Shown in pieces: positions 33,701 to 42,555 of a stretch of DNA of 64,000 nt (position 1 is the stretch's first letter; each line of letters opens with the position of its first letter). The position numbers and the translations under genes were made by a program. The notes under the pieces were generated by a model, which worked only from the letters and a program-made list of their open reading frames with translations, was not told where the DNA came from and ran no database searches. Origin of the DNA: a virus; IMG/VR virus record IMGVR_UViG_3300019776_000564, positions 1 through 64,000 of that record, one strand, 5' to 3'.

Positions 33701-34811
33701 GTATGGCCCAGAAAGCAAAGAAGAGTGCGAAACCTTTATCCACCGTAAAGAGTTCGACCCCAGTGACTACCTTACTCTGGGTAATCATGAATACTACGCA
33801 GTGAGGTGCGAGTGATGAACAACTACGGCTATGAAGTGAAATACTGGGATGCAAACGGGAATCTTCTCTGTGTAGAGGTAGTCGTAGCTGCACCCGAAGA
33901 CTGGCGCTATGCAGAGCGCATGGTTCTAGAGCAGTCTCATGTGACCACTGTAGAAAGCTCTGTGTTCCTGGGCATGACCGACACTGCACCCGGCATTCAA
34001 GAATCAACCGTTCTTGTACTGAGAGAAGCAGAGCCAGAGTAATCTGGCTTTTAAACACAGCCGTGCCGCGGCAAACCTATAGTAGAGGTAGTCCACGGTC
34101 TATAGGCACTAGGCATGACGGTCCATGGACTCCCGGCACACAGGTCATGCGTGTATGGTTCTCTTAAGCCGTTCTAAGAGGTTTACCGCGGCGCGTCCTT
34201 GGGCCGACCCGGGTTAGTCTTCTAAACGCCTCCTAGTGCCTCTCTGAGAGCTTTAAACTGCTTGTATAGCAGCGTCAGACTGCTACCAGACATTGAGAGA
34301 GGCTCCACCATGAAATTGATCTGCAACGGGTTCAAAACCACTGGTACAGACAGTGAAGACCATATCTACTTCTTCAAAGCCACTTTCAGCGGTGAAGACC
34401 TGTTTTTCGAGCTGACCAACAGTGAAATCGCCGAAATCACTGATGACGGTGATTACCAGCTCCCACCACGCTTCGATTTTGGTTTCCGTGAACCTATGAT
34501 CTGCCAGCTTCTTCACTGGATGCATACCGTCTACTGGAAAGACGAAGACGGGATTCTCGAAGGTTGCACCATCGAAATGACTCGACCAGAAGGTGTCTAA
34601 CCAGAGCAGCCCGGTTACACCGGGCTTTCTTAGCTATCTCAGAGCCGCGGTAAGCCGATCTCAGCCAATATCAACCTTGGTCCAAAAAAGGCTATAGGTG
34701 CCGAATATAGGTATAAGGCGGGCTTTGGACATATGTGGTGTAGTCCCGCGGCGCTCTCAAATGAGAATCATTCTCAGGGGCGCTGCGAATCGTTCTCATT
34801 CGCGACCGCGG
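30711..34811. repeat. 14 intergenic CCGCGG-core motifs (extended consensus GATAGGYTTRCCGCGGC, both orientations)
   Basis: Starts at 30711, 30765, 30825, 30910, 30971, 31095, 31144, 31663, 33239, 34066, 34186, 34645, 34746, 34806. Confidence 0.85.
31270..34600 (+). CDS. Small ORFs in separately promoted units (31270-31617, 31743-32069, 32308-32553, 32558-32743, 32740-33147, 33337-33600, 33597-33815, 33815-34042, 34310-34600)
   Basis: Each unit has a CC-N8-CC-N13-(-10) motif and a GAGAGAG RBS on its first gene. Confidence 0.75.
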
Positions 34812-34979
34812 TTGAGACGCATTCTCAAATGCAAATGATTCTCATTCTCAAATACGAATGATTCTCATTTCACTCAAATGAGACGCATTCTCAAATGCAA
34901 ATGATTCTCATTTTCAGACAATAATCGTTCTCATTCTCAAACAAGAATTTATCTAATTCTCAAGTGCGAATGATTCTCA
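34762..34979. promoter_or_regulatory. Array of nine Fur-box-like 15-mers
   Basis: TGAGAATCATTCTCA (perfect 7-1-7) plus eight variants; 34-bp direct repeat 34813-34846 / 34879-34912. Confidence 0.7.
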
Positions 34980-35098
34980 ACACCTGTCTTCTCTTATTAC
35001 ATGCGCACGCGCGCAAGTAGCACAGCAAATTAGAATGAGCAAGAATTTTTTAGTTATATGCTTATGCTTTTCCGATCTATCAAATATCTAATAATCGC

Positions 35099-35126
35099 TT
35101 GCATCAAAATCTAGTTAGTCTAATAT
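35099..35126 (+). promoter_or_regulatory. Sigma70-like promoter of the CC/GG-free operon
   Basis: TTGCAT-N16-TAATAT. Confidence 0.5.
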
Positions 35127-35206
35127 TCAACTCAAGCGACGCAACAACGCGACGCTAACGAAGTAGCTCAATAACGAAGCTACTCACTTCTAGAGAGAGA
35201 TATAAA

Positions 35207-35761
35207 ATGACTCAAGTTAACGCTAAAGCTGTAGCTAACAAAGAAGCTTTTGAAGTTGTTGCAGCTGAGTTTGCTGCAACTAAAGAGCAAGCAAGTGCGC
35301 AAGCTGCTCAAGCTCAAAACGACGAAGAGCGTAAAGCGTTTGCAGATGCTGCTAAAACAGCGTCTACACACGAACGCTACACTAACGCACTTGCTAACAT
35401 GAGCGAAAAAGCGCTCGCAAGTTTGAACAAGTACAAAATCAACGCTACTGAACTTGCTAAACAATCGCGTGAACTGAAAAAGCGCTCTATTGCGATCATC
35501 GAAGCGATTGTAACTAAGCAACGCGTTAACGATCGCGCACTTGACGCAGTGTTACAGTACATCGTCGCTAAAGACGCTGCGAGCATGACGCTTGAGCAAG
35601 TGCGCACGCAAATGCAGCACGAAACTACTACGCAAGCGCAATACTTCAAAACTTGCGCAATCTTTTTCAACTTCGCGCAGTACTCTAAGTCTGAAAAGAC
35701 TATCAACTTCAACAAAGACGCTACTGTCTTGAAAGAGTTGATCGCGATCTACACTGTGTAA
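35207..35761 (+). CDS. Island protein 1 (184 aa; no Gly/Pro/Trp)
   Basis: GAGAGAGA RBS; followed by hairpin plus T tract at 35772-35808. Confidence 0.85.
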   Translation: MTQVNAKAVANKEAFEVVAAEFAATKEQASAQAAQAQNDEERKAFADAAKTASTHERYTNALANMSEKALASLNKYKINATELAKQSRELKKRSIAIIEAIVTKQRVNDRALDAVLQYIVAKDAASMTLEQVRTQMQHETTTQAQYFKTCAIFFNFAQYSKSEKTINFNKDATVLKELIAIYTV

Positions 35762-35829
35762 CAGTGTGCGCAAGCGCTCTAGAACGTCTCTAGAGCGCTT
35801 TTCTTTTCTAGTCTGAGTGAGACAACGCA

Positions 35830-36129
35830 ATGAACAAGCAAATCGCTGTAAACGCGCTACAGAGCGCTACAGAGCAAGCGCTGCTAGACGTGCAAGCTAG
35901 CGTGCTGCATATGCTACAGAATCGTAGTGCTGAGACGTACTATCAGCACGCACAAGCGCTGCGACATACGCTCACATACGCTAGCACTGAGTATGTGTTT
36001 AACGCTGTTAAACGACACGTGCAGCGCACTACAGCGCAACGTGTGAGCATGAAGCAAAGTATCAGTGTATTGCGCAGTGATATACGCGCTGCTATGCGTG
36101 CAGATAAGTATTCATTGTTTGCACACTAA
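35830..36129 (+). CDS. Island protein 2 (99 aa; no Gly/Pro/Trp)
   Basis: ORF with GAGTGAG RBS. Confidence 0.7.
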   Translation: MNKQIAVNALQSATEQALLDVQASVLHMLQNRSAETYYQHAQALRHTLTYASTEYVFNAVKRHVQRTTAQRVSMKQSISVLRSDIRAAMRADKYSLFAH

Positions 36130-36164
36130 GTTATTTAAACTTTTCTCTTCTTACTTGTGAGTAT

Positions 36165-36497
36165 ATGCAAATGACTAAAGTATCGTTCTCTAACGTTATC
36201 GCTGACGCTTTCAGCGCTGAACAAATGCAAGATATCAGCAAAGCAGACTATAACAATCTGCTTTCTATTCTCGACATAAAGTCAAAGTATATCGAGTTTG
36301 TTAATAACGCTGAGTGCATGCACTTGCTTATTGTGCATGATGCGCGCAATAACAAGTATGAAATTGTTAGTGTGTATATCAGCGCTAACTTAGAGCATTA
36401 TCAAGTAACGTTAGTTGATACTTGCGATACACTGTCAGACGCATATAACGAACTGCATAATTCGTTGCAACTTCTACTCAGTGAGTGCGACAACTAA
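36165..36497 (+). CDS. Island protein 3 (110 aa, acidic; no Gly/Pro/Trp)
   Basis: ORF. Confidence 0.75.
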   Translation: MQMTKVSFSNVIADAFSAEQMQDISKADYNNLLSILDIKSKYIEFVNNAECMHLLIVHDARNNKYEIVSVYISANLEHYQVTLVDTCDTLSDAYNELHNSLQLLLSECDN

Positions 36498-36505
36498 GTT
36501 AGTTG

Positions 36506-36684
36506 CTTACTTACACTTTTCTAAGTTGTCAAAGTCTTAGAAAAGTGTAAGTAAGACGTGACCCTACTCCCTTCTAAATCCCGGATACCTGCACTCTAAC
36601 CTTACACAGGTAGGTAGGAAGTTCCCACACGCTCTCCTTACACAGGTAGGAACAGGTTCACAATACAATCCCTTACACAGGTAG
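36506..36684. repeat. 20-bp perfect inverted repeat plus three CCTTACACAGGTAG direct repeats
   Basis: Arms 36506-36525 and 36536-36555; repeats at 36600, 36636, 36671. Confidence 0.9.
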
Positions 36685-36779
36685 CCTTACGCTCCCAACG
36701 TCTTACGCACATACTTGATAAACAGTCAGCGCTGATAAGCAGCTAAGCACTTAACCACTAAACACTTAAGGAGTTACCC

Positions 36780-37466
36780 ATGACAGCAAAGTCCAATAAT
36801 CCAAACCAACCCGGTTCCGTGCCGCCTGCGGCGGACGCAACCTGGCTATCCAAGCTGTTTGACAGAATCAACAAGAGGCTTAACCTTTCTTCGTGCCCAG
36901 AAGACCTTGCTGCTTTCTTTGAGCAAATTAACCAAGAAGCGGAAGACCTTAAAATCCAGGAGTTCAATGAGATTTACCTGCACAAGTACGTGATGTTTAT
37001 CGCGCCTATTAAAAATCAGCGGTTAACCGGGATTGTTAACAAGATTGAGCACGCTGAAAGCGGTGTGACGTTCACTATTAACCGTGTTGTGTTGATCGCT
37101 GGTGAGCTTCTGGAAACAAACGAGGTGTTTGACAACGTACCTCTGACGGCAAGCTTTGCCGTATTCAGGAACAAAGAAAGCTGCATCAACGACATCAAAG
37201 AGACGAACAGAGCCAGAGCCAAAGCGAAAGCTGTTAGGCAAGAGGTTGAAGAGCGTCTTAAAAACGACCAAGAAATAGAGCGCAGGAAAGAAATCAAAAA
37301 GATCGCAGAGCAGATCTTGGTACAGCGTGCAGCTAACGGTGAGATTTGGGCAGTGTTTGACAATGCAGACGTTAAGGCAGTGTTTAGACAGGCAGAGAGT
37401 ATTGTTGATGGTCTTAAGAGCCTAGACCCAAGTAAACAAGACAGCGAAAACACCGACACCCGGTGA
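36780..37466 (+). CDS. Hypothetical protein
   Basis: TAAGGAG RBS; promoter motif 36685-36715. Confidence 0.8.
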   Translation: MTAKSNNPNQPGSVPPAADATWLSKLFDRINKRLNLSSCPEDLAAFFEQINQEAEDLKIQEFNEIYLHKYVMFIAPIKNQRLTGIVNKIEHAESGVTFTINRVVLIAGELLETNEVFDNVPLTASFAVFRNKESCINDIKETNRARAKAKAVRQEVEERLKNDQEIERRKEIKKIAEQILVQRAANGEIWAVFDNADVKAVFRQAESIVDGLKSLDPSKQDSENTDTR

Positions 37467-37615
37467 AATGTAAGTCTCTTTCCGCTTAATAAAAGCCCAG
37501 ACCATGAATCTGGGCTTTTATTTGGCAGTCTGTACTTGCCATAGATGCAAGCGTTTAATAGACAACTAGAAACGACGCACGCTCTTTAACAGACAAAGCA
37601 GTTGATAGATAGGTA

Positions 37616-40067
37616 TTGGAGATGACTTCTATTGGAGATGTTTGGGGAGCTAAAGAAGAGCCTATAACGGTAAACGTTACCAATACTGGAGACAGCAACC
37701 CGGCAGTTGAAAGGTTTGTTGCAGACATCATGGAAGAGAAAGCTAGGCTTCTGAAAAGAATAGACGCCTTCTTTATAAATGGGCAACACGAACTGATGAG
37801 CCGCGAAATGATGCTCTACGTCATGGACGTAGGCTCAAATGACCTTGATCTTATGATTGTTGGCAATATCGAGGACATCTCGCTGACCGTCATGCGTAGA
37901 GCGGTTTACAGGCTTAACAGATTTGAAAACGAAAGGAAGATTACCTTAAGTGTCCTATAGTGCGATTGAGAGTCAGGCGAGAGAGCGAAAGCTTCAAAAG
38001 ATGGAAGATTTCGAGCGTGATGCCTTGAACATTGGTGTTATCAACCAGTGTGAGTGTCACCGTAACCCGGAAGATGAAACGAAGTGGTCTATGGTTCACA
38101 TGGATCGCTTGTACAGGCTTTGGCAAGCAGGAGCGAGATACGGACAGGATCAATTGAACACTTCTAAGTAGGCGATAACCCATGAACAGCGACAGCGGTT
38201 TAGATGAAAGACAGGTAAAGCCAGCACGTCTACAGTGCCTCTTTGAGCACTGTTATCTAAACACGATTAAGCACACGCCGGACTTTGCAAAAGATGAGGC
38301 CGGCAATTACATCAACCAAGAAATGCAGGATCACTATGAGCTATGGCTTAGCGGACATTGCCAGGGTGTAGTCGATCATGCTGTTTATACCGGAGAAGTG
38401 AAGCTGTGACCGAAGTTAAAACAGATTGCCGTAGTTTTGATGGAATAACCGTAGGGCTGATCGACAGCATTATTACCGCAGCCCGGGTGTTGGTAGATCG
38501 TCCGCAGTGCGCCGATAGCGTACAGGAGGCGCTGAAAGACCTGCGTAGTGATACCGACGTTCGCTACCTTCTGTTGCAGGAGAACACGGATCAGAAGAAA
38601 AGCGAAAGCGCCTTTTATCTGAACCAGTTCTATAAGCGAATGTGCGCCGCGCTTGATCTGGAAGATGACCCTGTTGTCACAAGCTGGCACGAAATCATCG
38701 GGCGAGCGGAAATCAGACTGCTTCGAGCCAAAGAAAAACCCCAGTACCCGATCATTCATCGTCACGACACTATTCAGGGAATGGTGATCCAGTACGACGA
38801 GAACGTCTTTATCTGGCATACGCTGCCAACGAAGACCCGCAAAGCAGAGCAGCGCGTTGCCAGCAGTCTGAAGAAAGCTTGGGCATATCGCGCTAGCCAT
38901 CTTCGTGTAGTGAAGGAGGTGGTATGAAAAAGCTCACCGTGAAGGAGCAGATGGCTTACTCGACAATTGCACAGCTTGAGGGGAAAGTTGCAACACTCAA
39001 GAATGTCTTATCCAGCGAACTGCACCGATACAACCAGGCCAGTGACACCATCAACTATCAGGCTGCGCAGATCGAGAAGCTGGAAGAGCGGCTGAATAAG
39101 CTTCAGGCTGATGCAGATCGCTATCAGTTCCTCAAAGATCACTGCGGCGAAGTAGACTACGATGGCGGTTACACTCTGTTCTATCGGTTCCCGCAACTGA
39201 ATCGTGAACTCGACGACAAGAGTCTGCCGATTGATCACCGCTACTTCACCAATATCGACGCCTGCGTCGATCACCACAGGAATAAATAATGAAGCTGTCA
39301 GAACTGAAACTGCTGGTCGACAAAGCGACTGAACGAGCTAACAAATTTGGCTTTGATCCGTTGGTCTGCACTGTGGACTTCCGCATGGGACAGACTCGGG
39401 CTAACGAATCCGGCCCGGGTGAAGAACTTCGCCACGTCAACGAAGCATGGTTGATCGAAATGCGTAGTCTGGAGCCTAGTTGCTCTAGCCTTGAGTTCGT
39501 TGCTCGCGAGGGTATGTTCGCCAATCACCCGATCTTCTACATTACTGCCGACGACACAACGGGGATTCTCTGATGCCACAAATTTTTATCCCGCCATTGG
39601 GCACTGTTATCAAACTCACCGAAGACTGGCACTTCAGCCTGTACAACGAGGGCCGGAACGAGAAGCTCCAGCAGATTACGGGCCTTTTACCACCATTTCG
39701 CGCGCTCACTGGTGGCCTGTACGAATGGCGTCAACTGAGCCTTGCTGAGCGCCGCAAACGTATCGACGAATCGGTTTGGACGCATGTGCCGGTCTGGGAC
39801 AAGGAAAGAACTGATCTCTGGGGTGGCGATTGGCATACGCCGTTTGTGTTCCGTGCCGAAACCGAGCTAAAGATCGACCGCATCTACATCCGGCAGGGTC
39901 AGAGCGATTACGACAGCGTTAGTTTCCGTACCGACTGCTGGGTGTCTAACATCGGAGATCCTTTGTTCACCAAGAAGTACGTGAACGGTCGCAAGATCAA
40001 GAGCCTGCGGTTTTGGGCGAAATTGGAAGACGTGAACAAGATAGTTGGCAACATTATTGCCCGATAA
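37616..40067 (+). CDS. Operon of seven hypothetical ORFs (37616-37960, 37950-38171, 38182-38409, ~38406-38927, 38924-39289, 39289-39573, 39573-40067)
   Basis: Coupled ORFs; terminator about 40071-40112. Confidence 0.7.
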
Positions 40068-40184
40068 GCTAAAAAGCCCTTGAATTGTCATACGGCAGTC
40101 AAGGGCTTTTTGTTGGCTAACTTGAAAAATCTAGTAAACTCTTGCATACTTTACACATAACAGACGTACAGCGAGACACGAATA

Positions 40185-40787
40185 ATGGCTATGCCAAAGA
40201 CAATCGAAGTAGGCGGCGTTGTGATGCCTTGTCGCCAGATTAACGTCGGGACAAGCATCCTTGATGTGCCCAAAGGCATTGGTCGCAACAATCGGAACAA
40301 GTGCTGGCAGATAAAGATCATTCGCAAAGGCGAAGTTCTACTCTCCGGGCAGTTCACTGACGCTCAATATGGTGGCGCTCAGAAGTCGCTCGACGCCGCA
40401 CTCAAGCTTCTGGCCGACTCGAAGCTGGTTGAAGCGCCTAAAACACTGAAGCTAAGTGCCAGACTGTCATTATTCTGGGCTTTTAGCAGTGCGAACGTGC
40501 TGAGCTTGAGTGCAAGCTTGTACAACCAGAACACCGGCCGTAGTCACACGACCTACCTTATCAGCCACCATAAGCTGAAGTCTGGCAAGATCGACGGTCT
40601 TCATGAGAAGTTGTTAGGCGTTTACGTGAGAATGTGGGCTGAGGTGAACAACCTCAAAACGAGCGACGTCCCGGTCTTGCGAAGAATTGAGCTGGTTAAA
40701 ACCGTTGGCGACGTAATGAAGAGCAAAGAGTGGGAAGACTTCATGAGCTTGGGCGCTGAGTTAGCCGCCCAGAAAGAAAAGGCTTAA
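40185..40787 (+). CDS. Protein with AP2-like DNA-binding domain
   Basis: PKGIGR..WQIKI.RKG..FTD.QYGG...L.AA; sigma70-like TTGAAA-N17-CATACT at 40122-40150. Confidence 0.55.
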   Translation: MAMPKTIEVGGVVMPCRQINVGTSILDVPKGIGRNNRNKCWQIKIIRKGEVLLSGQFTDAQYGGAQKSLDAALKLLADSKLVEAPKTLKLSARLSLFWAFSSANVLSLSASLYNQNTGRSHTTYLISHHKLKSGKIDGLHEKLLGVYVRMWAEVNNLKTSDVPVLRRIELVKTVGDVMKSKEWEDFMSLGAELAAQKEKA

Positions 40788-41020
40788 AGCGAATCCAGAG
40801 AAACCAGATACTTGCTTTCCAAAGCAACGTTTCCAAACCCATCAACTAAAAACCCCGCTCTCAATGCCTTGTCATCAATAATGACTGGCTGAGAAGCGGG
40901 GTTTTCTTCTTGTGCATCTGCAATCAACGAGAAAAGGTCACTCTGGCGATCACTTACGTCGATCAGTTTGAAGCCTTTACCGTCATCTACTATCAGGTAG
41001 TACATATGGCGTCTCCTCAA
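40784..41020 (-). CDS. Small hypothetical protein
   Basis: ORF; GAGGAG RBS suggests start near 41005. Confidence 0.6.
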   Translation of the reverse strand: MRRRHMYYLIVDDGKGFKLIDVSDRQSDLFSLIADAQEENPASQPVIIDDKALRAGFLVDGFGNVALESKYLVSLDSL

Positions 41021-41043
41021 GAGTACGCCATTAACGTATCACA

Positions 41044-41304
41044 TCAGCCAATCTTCCGAAGATTAATACCTTCAGTATTCAGATGGTTAACGAGATCTTT
41101 GTAGCCACCGACGTGATACTGCCCGGAAGCATTGTCCATGATGATCTGGGGTAGTGTTCTTACCGGGCCGACCTTTTCTACAAGCTCTTGAGGCGTGAAC
41201 TGAGTAACCTCACTGAACTCCAACCCCTTCCGAGTCAGCAAGTCCTTTGCGTTCTTGCAGTCTGGGCAATTTGGCATGGTGTAAACGATATACAGAGCGG
41301 TCAT
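41044..41304 (-). CDS. Glutaredoxin
   Basis: CPDC, RTLPQI, VGGYKDL. Confidence 0.9.
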   Translation of the reverse strand: MTALYIVYTMPNCPDCKNAKDLLTRKGLEFSEVTQFTPQELVEKVGPVRTLPQIIMDNASGQYHVGGYKDLVNHLNTEGINLRKIG

Positions 41305-41382
41305 GGTGAAGTCCTATTGGTTTGAGCTAAATGTGGGTCTATGATAATGCTCGCACGATATAAAATCGACGGGGAAGTAGAT

Positions 41383-41892
41383 ATGACCACTATTGCTTAT
41401 GATGGGCGTTATTTGGCTGCCGATGGTCGTATGACCTGCGGGAATATCATCACCGGACACCAAGCGAAAAAGCTTCATCCGGTAACGATCTTTCTGCGAG
41501 GTGAAGAGCAGGAGGCAGTTGTATCTGGTAGCGGTAGCTATGCCGATATCATGAGTGCGGTTGAGTGGTTCAAACAGGGCTTTGACCCTGTAAGTTTCGA
41601 CGCTGAACAAGTCCGGCCGATGCTTGAAAAGGGTGAGGTCGACCTGCTGTTGCTGACAAGAAGCGGCGAACTGTATGGCGTAGATAGCTCGCTTCAAATC
41701 ATGCCAATGGAGTATCCGTACTCAAGCGGTTCGGGTATGCCCTTCTCGATGATGGGTATGCGCCTCGGTATGAACGCCGTTCAGTCTGTATACGAAGCCA
41801 TGAAGCATGACTGTGGCACTGGAGGTAAAGTAGCCTGCTTTGACACCGAAATCTGGGACTTCATCGACCCGGATACTGTGTGGAAGGAATAG
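41383..41892 (+). CDS. HslV/proteasome-beta-like Ntn protease
   Basis: MTTIAYDG..LAADGR N-terminal Thr, SGSG, D..TGGKV. Confidence 0.8.
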   Translation: MTTIAYDGRYLAADGRMTCGNIITGHQAKKLHPVTIFLRGEEQEAVVSGSGSYADIMSAVEWFKQGFDPVSFDAEQVRPMLEKGEVDLLLLTRSGELYGVDSSLQIMPMEYPYSSGSGMPFSMMGMRLGMNAVQSVYEAMKHDCGTGGKVACFDTEIWDFIDPDTVWKE

Positions 41893-42055
41893 CTTCTAGC
41901 GTTCCTGGCAAGCTTCTCTAAAGCACGCTAATAGCGTGCTTTTTCTTTAGCGCTATGCTGATACTCAGATATCTATAAAAGCGCTCAAAACGCACTACAG
42001 ACAGCTTCCCAATGAATAGATAATGCTCTGTTCTGAGTGCTTTTTAACAGACAAC

Positions 42056-42080
42056 AAAAAGCCCTCTTTCGAGGGCTTTG
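42056..42080 (-). terminator. Terminator for minus-strand operon
   Basis: GCCCTC-GAAA-GAGGGC-TTTTT on minus strand. Confidence 0.75.
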
Positions 42081-42081
42081 G

Positions 42082-42540
42082 TTTCTGCTAGGAGTCGTTC
42101 CCTTCAGAAGGCAGGGTTAGAGGAGATCACAGATTTTGAGAGTTAGACGGAACCACAGCAGAATCTAACCCCTCGACAGGCTCTGCGAATTTCGTAGTGA
42201 CTCTCACGACCCACGGAGACTTGTCACCGCTACTTATTCACCTGTCGAACCCAAGCAACACAACAACGCACAGCAGGAAACTTGACACTCAGAGATTACG
42301 ACAACTCTTTTCGATTTGCCATAAAAATCTTCACTCAGAACGACACGGTTTACAATCCACCACCCGAAAGTGTTTGTCGTGTGGCCGAAACTTACGACCG
42401 GGGATCAATCCGGCGCTATACAATCGGCTCTGACCGCAATCTCGGGAGTGTCTAGAATCCCAAGATGTTTTGGTCAACAAGGCTGCGTACTGAAACACCG
42501 CTAGCCGTGTCGTTCTGAGTGAAGACTTTTCAGTCTTCAC
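42082..42540. ncRNA. Putative structured RNA (two ~200-nt domains)
   Basis: 21-bp perfect long-range helix 42328-42348 / 42505-42525, plus several nested stems. Confidence 0.55.
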
Positions 42541-42555
42541 CTTACAACTTACAAC

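Larger units (their letters stand above)
35073..36562. other. CC/GG-free island (1,490 bp)
   Basis: No CC or GG between CC at 35072-73 and CC at 36562-63. Confidence 0.95.

Noticed and set aside
200-34058. Long minus-strand ORFs opposite the + strand genes
   Set aside because: Shadow ORFs of codon-biased genes with no recognisable motifs.
34762-34979. CRISPR array
   Set aside because: Repeats are degenerate 15-mers with irregular short gaps and no unique ~32-bp spacers; no cas genes in the window.
35073-36562. Homopolymer-collapse artefact or alternative genetic code as the cause of the missing Gly/Pro/Trp
   Set aside because: A and T runs are intact, ORFs are open with RBSs and hairpins, and intergenic DNA shows the same depletion. 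Genes elsewhere translate normally.
35073-36562. RsmA/CsrA (GGA) avoidance as the full explanation
   Set aside because: It would not remove CC from the sense strand or GG in non-GGA contexts.
36600-36684. Mini-CRISPR or Racr array
   Set aside because: Repeat is only 14 bp, spacers are about 21 bp, and there is no repeat hairpin resembling a known CRISPR repeat.
42328-42525. Retron msr-msd or self-splicing intron
   Set aside because: No reverse transcriptase in the window, no interrupted gene, and I could not identify intron core motifs.
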